DNA of 64,000 nt from assembly GCA_020184695.1 (NCBI GenBank), contig JAANOX010000269.1, positions 62,001 through 126,000 of the forward strand, written 5' to 3'. A model generated the notes under the pieces. The model was not told the origin of the DNA, ran no database searches, and saw only the letters and a program-made list of their open reading frames with translations. Below are positions 1-8,333 of this stretch, piece after piece. Origin of the DNA: Histomonas meleagridis 2922-C6/04-290x. Lineage: Eukaryota; Protista; Parabasalia. The translations under genes were made by a program, and so were the position numbers. The first letter of the stretch is position 1; every line of letters starts with the position of its first letter.

Positions 1-2647
1 GTAGATTCGATCTTGCGAAGTTCTTCTTCATTAATGCCTTTAGCATAGATGAAACTTATTTGTGAAGGAAGTGTAGATGTTCGTTTTTTGGCATAGCGTT
101 CAAATCTTGTTATCACTTTTGACAAAGTAACATTTTCATGAAGTATCATATATTTATCATCTTTTGCATCAAGTTTTATACCTGTTAAAGATTGAAAAAG
201 AAGTGTTGAATCATGATTCGGTTGATCATAAAATACATATAAAGGCTGATCACTTTTAACTAATCTTTTTGTAAATCTATTCATATCAATTACGCTAAAT
301 TTTCTTTCTCTAATGTTTCTTTCCCAAATATAAGGATAAAAGGTTGTTGTTAAATCATTTTCAAGTTTTTTATATACTGACAAAATATTATTGCTTTCTA
401 ATTTTATTCCTAAAACATATGATCCAACAAATACAAATAATGCAATATCCCCAATAACTGGAATAAAAGGAATTGTCATGGCTATTGCTGTGTATGCACC
501 TGTAATATACCATCTTTTATTGGCGAAAAACTTTTGATGTGACATTGTATTTTGCCATTCTGCTTTATTTGCATTAACATATGAACGCATATCACTTTTA
601 ATTTCCCATACATATTGGTTAAAGTCAAAGAATGGTATTTCATCTTTCCCTAAAATGTATGGTAATATAATATTTACATAAAAACTAATTAATATTTCTA
701 ATTTCTTTATGATATCTTCTGGATTTTTAGATTCAAAATTTGAATTCATTTCTATTATAATAACTGCATTAAGAAGCATACAACACGCACAACAATGCCT
801 AAGCGATGATTCAAGTGTATTTGGTATTTTTTTGTTTTCAAATTTCAAAACAAGATCCATAAAGTTCATAAAGTATGGATCAAATAATGGACAAGAACTA
901 TATGTCAGTGCTTGTATGTATTGAGAGGGAACAAATTTTACATTAGGTATGGAACTTAAAATATAATATAAACTTTGGTACACTGTATTAACATAACCAG
1001 GATAATTATGTTCAACATCTCCTAGTGGCAATGGCATTAATGAATCTGGCCTATAAAGGTTTTTTGCAATATTATGCTCATTCCACCATAATTTTGTAAA
1101 TTCTGAAATATTTTCTTTATATTCTTCAGGATCCATTAAATGCAAAACATTTTTTAGGTCTTGATATTTTTTCACAAGAAAATAAACTTTTGATAATGGA
1201 AAAGATGAAGAAAGTTGTGCACGACGAATTGTTGTTAATATTGTTTTCATATCATCAACTTTATCATTGAAATTAGATACAGTAAGACATATTGTTGTTA
1301 TTGATGTAAATACTGCATTAACTTTATCCAATACTGGTTTAAGATTAAATTCATAATCTTCATCGCCAATACCTTGTGAATCAATGAAAAAAATTGCCGT
1401 ATCCTTATCAATATCAAGTGAATTACATTTTCTTTAAGTTGACGATAGTCATCATCAAGCCTATTAATTAAATCAGAAACAATATATGGACCATCAATTA
1501 AAATTCCTTGTGTTTGACTTTTTATACCCTTTCCTGCATAAAATGCTGCGTTTCCTGTAAGTGTCCGAAGAAATGTAGATTTTCCTGATTGATATGGACC
1601 AAAGAGCATCACCAAAACAATTGGTCTATCTCCTGCTTTTTTTAAAACAGACTCAAATACATCTAATAATATTGGATAAGTTCCTTTTTCATTCCATGGG
1701 TGTGGTTTTCCAGGAAGTTCAATTAAAGGTGTTGGAATAATAAAATTATTTAATGGACATAATGCTGAATCCAATAATTGATTTTTATATGTGTCAAGAA
1801 CTGATCTATTAACTTTTAAATCATCAAGGCCATTCTTTATCTTCTTAAATATATCCTTTGATTTTGGCCTTTTACTTGGATCCTTATTAATGCATTTCAT
1901 AAGTATTTTTTTGAATAAATCCGGCATTTCAGATGCTATTTGAGGAGGATTACCATCCATTATGTTCTCATTAATTTGTTGATCACTCAAACCTTTATAA
2001 GGAGGAGATCCAGAAAAAATTTCATTTACAAGAAGCCCAAATGAATATACATCAGTTTTTGGTGTATATTGTCCTCCTGATAAAACTTCAGGTGCAATAT
2101 ATGGAAGTGTGAACATTAGTTCTCCTTTAGGATTTTTATGTGAATCACCAAAACCTGTAATAATTGGATGAAAGTTATCATCAATGAGAATATTATCAAC
2201 TTTAAGATCATGATGTATTATACCTTTCTCATGAAGATAGTTTAAGCCAGTAGCAATTCCAAAGATAATTATAGTTTTTGTGAGTAAATTCAATTCTGAA
2301 GGAGGTGAATTAATGATGTTACGTAAAGTACCATTAATATAAAACGGGGTAATAAGAACTGCCTTTTTGTAATCAGGATTGGGATAAAAACCAACCAATG
2401 ATTGGACTGCTGGATGTGATAATTTACATAACGTCTTGAATTCATTAACAAGTGATTTATATGAATCTCCTGTTAAGGCTCTTTTCATTGCAACGATTTG
2501 TCCTGTGTATTTGATGATTCCTTTATCAATACAGAATTCTCCTTTATGTATATTTTTATCTAAGATAACAAACAAGTCAAGAGAATCAATGAAACGACGC
2601 TGTTCTTCTTTAGTGAATTCTTGTTCATTTCTTTCTGAAACAAGCAT
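1..2647 (-). CDS. Protein-kinase-like domain fused to GBP/atlastin(RHD3)-like GTPase; one-base frameshift at T-run 1428-1431; runs off window start
   Basis: ATG at 2647 (the ORF-track start at 2650 is GTG). Kinase motifs VAMK, HHDLKVDN and YIAPE, then P-loop GPYQSGKS and TQG. Adding one A at 1428-1431 gives ...KEKCNSLDIDKDTAIFFIDSQG (G3 DxxG), and that frame stays open to position 1 by manual translation. Confidence 0.75.
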
Positions 2648-3150
2648 CACTCAAATGTGAAGTGAGTTCCAAACCACGAAAAACAATATTGTTAATTCTA
2701 TCAAAATGTTCTGAAAAAATGCCAGTTTACATTGTTGTGTCGTGCCGATCAAATTGTATACAATTTTATCGAATTTTGATGAAAAAGTTGCCTCAACTTC
2801 AAATAACGTATTCTGTCGCTGTCGATAAAAATTTCAAATCAATTGTAAGGGTGACGGTTATTTCAACCAACGATAGTATGTATACTATACAAAAAGCCAC
2901 GACTTTTTGATAAACTTATGAATGCTTATTTGGTCGGAAAACCTCTTAAAGTTTTGATAACTTTTTGAATGGGATCAATATTTATTAAAAAAAAACATTT
3001 GTGCGAAAATTATTTCATTAAGAGAAATTCTAATATCAAATCTGTGATAATACCACAACAAAACTATATAAATATTTCAAATATATTTATTGACTTTTAT
3101 TATAAAATTATCATGTGCTAATTAACGGACGTTAGTGCTTTATTTTATTT

Positions 3151-4227
3151 TTATTTATTCTGATTTATCGAAACAGTAAATCGCCCAAATTGCACCACGT
3201 TTGGGTCGTGTTCCTGTTGTGAAGTATGTTCTGTTGATCTTTCGTCTTGACTTTTTTCCTCATCGTCAGATGGAAATTCAAAAACGAATTGTGGCGGTGG
3301 CGTTGCATGTTTCGGTGCATCGCTTTGCCCTCCGCCATTGATAATCGCGAATCTTCTGTCTAAAGGGAGTAACTGTGACATCAATGTCGTTGATATATAT
3401 TTTTTGTCCTTCGCCAGTTTTATAAATTTGTGCTGTAATAACTCTGATGCAGTGGCCCTCTTCTTGGGGTCGTATTGTATGCACGCTTTAATGAAACTGG
3501 TGAATGATGATGATATCGTATTGGGTATCGATGGAAGCTCTCCTTGGACTATAGCTTTGACCTGCTCGAGTTGGCGAAGTTCACTGTAGGGTGGTTTGCC
3601 TGTTGCAAGTTCAATTGCAGTCATCCCTAAACTCCATATATCAACACTTTCAGAGTATCCTTTGTTCTCCCTGAGCATCTCTGGGGCAGAGTAGCAGCAG
3701 GATGTTACTTGCGTGAAACGAGCACGCTTTCGTTGACCATCTTGAATTAGACATCCGGCTACACCAAGATTTCCAACTTTAATCTCTCCGGTGTTGGTTA
3801 AAAGAATACTTCCTGGTCTTATATCGCGATGAATTTGGTGATTTGAGTGAAAATATTTGAGAAATTGTAACACATTTTCAAGAATGGTAGCAATTAAAAC
3901 TTCATCTTTAAACCCATTAACAAAGGCATACTGAAGAATATCACGACATGAACCACCATCCATGTATTCAGTTAATATCCATATTTTTGTGTCAACCACA
4001 AAAGAACCATAATATGGAACCATATTTTGATGTTCTGAAGTTGCCCAAAAAGTTACTTCTTTCCTTAGTTTTTCAAAGTCTATTTGGAAAACATCCATAT
4101 CTATTATCTTTACGGCAACTACAATGTTATTTGTAAGACAGCGAGCTGCGTAAACATCAGATTTTGACCCTACTCCTATTTTGTGCATTAGCTGATATTG
4201 AGAAGGCTCAAGAGGGAAAGATTTCAT
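3151..4227 (-). CDS. STE20-family (OSR1/SPAK/STRAD-like) kinase, probable pseudokinase
   Basis: VAVK, IWILTEYMDGGS, HRDIRPGS, SAPE, DIWSLGMTAIELATGKPPY; DFG replaced by NLG; C-terminal GRFTV. Confidence 0.85.
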   Translation of the reverse strand: MKSFPLEPSQYQLMHKIGVGSKSDVYAARCLTNNIVVAVKIIDMDVFQIDFEKLRKEVTFWATSEHQNMVPYYGSFVVDTKIWILTEYMDGGSCRDILQYAFVNGFKDEVLIATILENVLQFLKYFHSNHQIHRDIRPGSILLTNTGEIKVGNLGVAGCLIQDGQRKRARFTQVTSCCYSAPEMLRENKGYSESVDIWSLGMTAIELATGKPPYSELRQLEQVKAIVQGELPSIPNTISSSFTSFIKACIQYDPKKRATASELLQHKFIKLAKDKKYISTTLMSQLLPLDRRFAIINGGGQSDAPKHATPPPQFVFEFPSDDEEKSQDERSTEHTSQQEHDPNVVQFGRFTVSINQNK

Positions 4228-4259
4228 CGAGAGCTTTTATATATTTTTTGTTCGAATAA

Positions 4260-4271
4260 TAACCGTCACTT
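4260..4271 (-). promoter_or_regulatory. Overlapping M2/M3-like core promoter motifs (AAGTGACGGTTA) upstream of the STE20-like gene
   Basis: 33 nt upstream of the ATG at 4227; matches Trichomonas vaginalis M2 (AAAGTGAC) and M3 (RRCGGTT) motifs. Confidence 0.55.
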
Positions 4272-4769
4272 GGTAAGTATTTTCAAATTCAAAACCTTTC
4301 AATGAACCCCTTAATTGAAAACATTTTTTGTGGCAGTTCTATTTTATTTCAAATTTGATCCCATCACCCACTTTTTGTGTATACTTTTTGACAGACTTCG
4401 TTCAAAACTGATTTACAGGGGGTTCTACATTTGAGAGATAAGATAATGATCATTATCAAAGGCTCCAACTCAAGAACGTACTGTTCCCAAATATATTCCA
4501 ATTGCACCTGTGAATTTGAGTGAAAGCTTCATGAAAATATTTAAAGGAAAATATATTTATAGCTAATCAAAAAAATCATTCAATTTTGATGTAAACTATT
4601 CAATAACATTTCAACCCACTCGTGCGCTTGTGATCGTATTTCACTGAAAAAGCCCGTGCACCCCTAGGTACCGTAGTAGGGGGGTATGCTTTTCATATTT
4701 TAAAAATAACAATTTTTTGCAAATTTTCTGAATTTTTTTCGTTTAATGATATTATTAATATCAATTCCT

Positions 4770-6140
4770 TCTTGTTTATGAAGTAATTTAACTATTTATA
4801 TATGACCATTATAAAATGCCGAAATAACTGAGCCCCTTGTGTATTTTTAGACAAATGATGATGAAGAATTAAATAGTAATGTGAACATATATTTTCGAGA
4901 ATACTATTTGGCTCAATGGCAGTGGTTGATCCTTTTTGTTTTTTTTTTTTTTTTTTTTTTTTTTTTGAAAACGAAAATATACACGAAGTAAACATCAAGT
5001 TTTTCCTTATCCAGAAACATAAAATTATTATAATAAAGCATAAACAAAATAATTTTTTTTTATTAAAATCATTTCCATCTTATTTAAGAAGTAAAAAAAT
5101 TTCTGCACAACCTTTGTCAGATGCCTTCATAAGTGCATTTTCATATAACTTAAATAATTTCCAAATATTATTTTGAAATTGACCAAAATTATTAAAACAT
5201 ATATAAAATAATATTTATAAATATCTTGAGCATTAATATCAATTCTTTTTTGTTTAAGAAGTAATTTAACTATTTCTGTATAACCATTTTTAGATGCTAT
5301 AATAAGTGCTGTTCTAAATAATCTTAATAATTTCCAAATATTATTTTGAAATACAAAATTCTTGAAATAAATTTGTAATAATAAAAATAAATATCTTTAG
5401 CATTAACATCAATTTCTTTTTGTTTAAGAAGGAATGCAGTTGTTTTTAATTTACCATTTTCTGATGCTAACATAAATGCTGTTCGAAATATTTTAAATAA
5501 TTTCCAAATATTATTTTAAAATATGAAATTATTTAAATAAATTTTAAATAAAACAAATAAATATCTTGAGCATTAACATCGATTCCTTGGTGCTTAAGGA
5601 GTGATTGAATTATATTTAATTTACAATATTTTGATGCTTTCATAAGTATAGTTTCAAATGTTTTAAATAATTTCCAAATATTATTTTGAAACATTTGATA
5701 AAATATACAAATATCATCCTTAGCATTAACATTAATTCCTTCTTGTTTAGAAAGTAATTTAACTATTTCTGTATCACCATTTTTAATTGCAATCATAAGA
5801 GCTGTCAAAAATAATTTGAATAATTTTTCAATATTATGATTAAATATTCCAAAATCATATAAATAATTTCTAAATAAAACAAATAAATACTTTTAGCATT
5901 AATATCAATTCCTTTTTGTTCAAGAAGTAATTTGACTATTTCTGTATAACCATTTTCAGATGCATTCATCAGCGCTGTTTTAAATAATTTAAATAATTTC
6001 CAAATATTATTTTGAAATATAAAATTATTAAAATAAATTTTAAACAAAACATATGAATATCTTTAGCATTAATATCAATTCCTTTTTGTTCAAGAAGTAA
6101 TTTAATAAGATAAATATCATTATCTTGTATTGCTAACATA
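4770..6140 (-). repeat. Ankyrin-repeat array, each repeat interrupted by an AT-rich spacer (locus 1); appears disrupted
   Basis: Repeated TALMxASxNGxTEIVKLLLxQxGIDINAK cores (87 nt) separated by spacers of 83, 86, 66, 83, 83 and 86 nt. Confidence 0.85.
4939..4966. repeat. T28 homopolymer inside the ankyrin array
   Basis: Direct count of 28 T. Confidence 0.95.
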
Positions 6141-6158
6141 AGTACTGTAAACCAAATA

Positions 6159-7146
6159 ATGGCATATTCACCTCTGCCACCTAGTACAACATATCGATGG
6201 ATGAATAGCGACATGTTACCAATAGTACAAAAGCAGAGGCAGCAGCACCCAAGGCGAAATAAAGTTTTAAGTGACCATGAAGAATTAGAAGTTATTCAAA
6301 TTGCCAAAGAAATGAGGGAAAAACATCTCGCCGTAACCATACAAGTTACAAGAGAAATTATAGAAATAATTACAAAATGAAGAGAGACAAATTGTTCTAG
6401 GTCTTGGATATCTTTGTTTTGGCAGAGGCATGGATGGCCAAGCAGAAGAGTCCAGCTGAGGAACAACAAAGAAATTAGAAAAACACTTCTAGAAATAGTG
6501 AATTCTTTTGGAAGAGAAGTCCAACAATATTGATGTCCATTCCAATAACATTCCTTTAAGTCGTATTCATGCAATGGATGAAACTGGCTTATGAAACGGG
6601 AATGTTGTTCAAAGAACATCTTGTGATCCTTCAACTATGGACTCAGGAGTAATTTCACTTGGAAATCATCGTAGAGATACGGGAGTAGTTACAATTTCAG
6701 CAAGTGGAATTGTTGATCCATATATCATCCAACATATACCACAAAAAACACAAATAAAAAATGGTCAAAAGATAATAATTAGTAAAGGTGTATCTGGTAT
6801 GGGATTAACTCAAATGGAAGACTGGATAAAACATTTTGGAGTTATTAATGGCGCTCAAAAGAATGTCTTATTGATAAATAGACTCAGAAGTCATATTAAC
6901 CAGAATATTATTAATGAACTTGAAAATAAGTACAACACTAAGGTATTTCACTTTCCTCCACAAGGAGCGAAATTTGCCAGTGTATGTGATAATTCTTTTT
7001 TCTCAACTTTGAAAAATCGTTTAACAAAAAAAGATACATCGACCACTGAAGCCAAAGAAATTGCATTCCGCGAATTATGCACAAATTTTGAACCATCAAT
7101 AATTAAGAATTATTGGAGGCATTGTGGTTGGGAGTGGAATCAATAA
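6159..7146 (+). mobile_element. Decayed pogo/Tc1-mariner-superfamily (DDE_1 plus CENP-B-type HTH) transposase
   Basis: Fragments joined across frames: PSTTYRW; SRSWISLFWQRHGW (HTH); IHAMDETGL*NG (first D); VLLINRLRSH (second D as N); FPPQGAKFASVCDNSFFSTLK (third D, 36 residues later); KNYWRHCGW. At least two frameshifts and one stop; no TIRs found. Confidence 0.75.
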
Positions 7147-7482
7147 ATATGAAATTGGTTTTAACTTTTTTTTAATTGGTTAAAAATTATTTAATAAGAT
7201 CAATAAGTGTGGATTTGTGTTTGAGTTGCTATAAAACTATGCTTGGTGTGTGATGGATGCAATTGTTTGACCATTGATTAATTTTGATAACACTTTAGTC
7301 CTCTAAAATTTGAATGAAGACAAACCTATCAGAAATTTTTATAAATAAATAATCGCTGAAACTGTTTCAACCTAAATTGAATTATCAGTAATTTTTTTAA
7401 TCGATTACAAAGAATATGATTGAATAAGAAAAATTTTTTACTCACAAATTATTTAACAAATTTTAAAAATGTTTGCGAAATA

Positions 7483-8043
7483 TCATATTGGAATTGAGTT
7501 AATTGAATCGGAATTGATTTCTTCAGATTCATCTAATGATTTAATATCTTCTTCCTCTTCTTGTACTTGTGGAAATATTGGACATGTTGAGTTTCCATGA
7601 CACCACGAGCCTGTCCATTTGCTGCCATCAATGGTAATGAATGTACCAATTCCATGCATTCTACTATTGTACCATTCTCCCTTATATTTGGATCCATCTT
7701 CAAATACAGCTTCACCTTTTCCTGTCATTTCGCCTTTTAAAAAATCTCCTTCATATAAAAAATCATGATATTTTAAAATTCCATGCCCACTAAATAAATC
7801 TTCTTCGAACCCTCCCTCATAAGAGAAATCGGGTTCTGTGTATTTACCATACCCGTGTCTTTTAACAACGCCATCAAATCTTTTCCAATCGCCAATATAA
7901 GTGGATGAGTTCAGTGTAAAAGTATCATTTCCACTTTCTGGAAGTTGCTCGTCTTCATTAATTTCTGTGCTCTTTGCTCTTTTAGAATTTTGTGACTGAA
8001 GTCTTCTGCTCATCCTTAAAGAATTTTTCACATAACATTTCAT
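7483..8043 (-). CDS. MORN-repeat protein
   Basis: Five Y(W)xGxF/Wx4-5HGxG repeats; start may be the second ATG at 8013. Confidence 0.85.
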   Translation of the reverse strand: MKCYVKNSLRMSRRLQSQNSKRAKSTEINEDEQLPESGNDTFTLNSSTYIGDWKRFDGVVKRHGYGKYTEPDFSYEGGFEEDLFSGHGILKYHDFLYEGDFLKGEMTGKGEAVFEDGSKYKGEWYNSRMHGIGTFITIDGSKWTGSWCHGNSTCPIFPQVQEEEEDIKSLDESEEINSDSINSIPI

Positions 8044-8333
8044 TCTTCTAAAGACTTAATAATTTAGATAAACCCAGTTTCTTAATGAATTTTTCCAAGA
8101 TTACTGTACCTAGTGACAGTGCCTCTTTAAGAACGAGTGATCTAATGCAACGAAATTTCAAATAAATTAAATCTAATATTTTTAATTTAGAAAATTTGAT
8201 ATGAAAAATTCTTAAAACTTCTTGTTCCCAAGTGTTTCTTATACAGGATGTAGATTAATAACCATTTTATAAAAGAAGAAACAGAGAAGCAGATAAAATT
8301 TTGTAAAGTATTCAACTCAATCCGTTAATCTTT

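Noticed and set aside
4792-5176. ORFs 4792-4998 and 4916-5176
   Set aside because: Poly-K and poly-F products of the T28 run and antisense reading of the ankyrin array.
5140-6061. Ankyrin frameshifts as assembly homopolymer errors
   Set aside because: Multi-kb AT-rich genes in the window (CAND1-like, COPA, CFAP58-like, large BspA) are intact and the 87-nt cores keep frame, so the error rate cannot give the same -1 in 12 of 15 spacers.
5979-6061. Canonical U2 (GT-AG) or U12 (AT-AC) introns in the ankyrin spacers
   Set aside because: No conserved GT or ATATCC donor and no ACTAAC branch site. Using the ACAG at the core start as acceptor removes the conserved Thr and gives a repeat too short for an ankyrin fold.
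6100-7330. Terminal inverted repeats for the pogo-like element
   Set aside because: No matching inverted termini or TA duplication found by eye; the element looks truncated.
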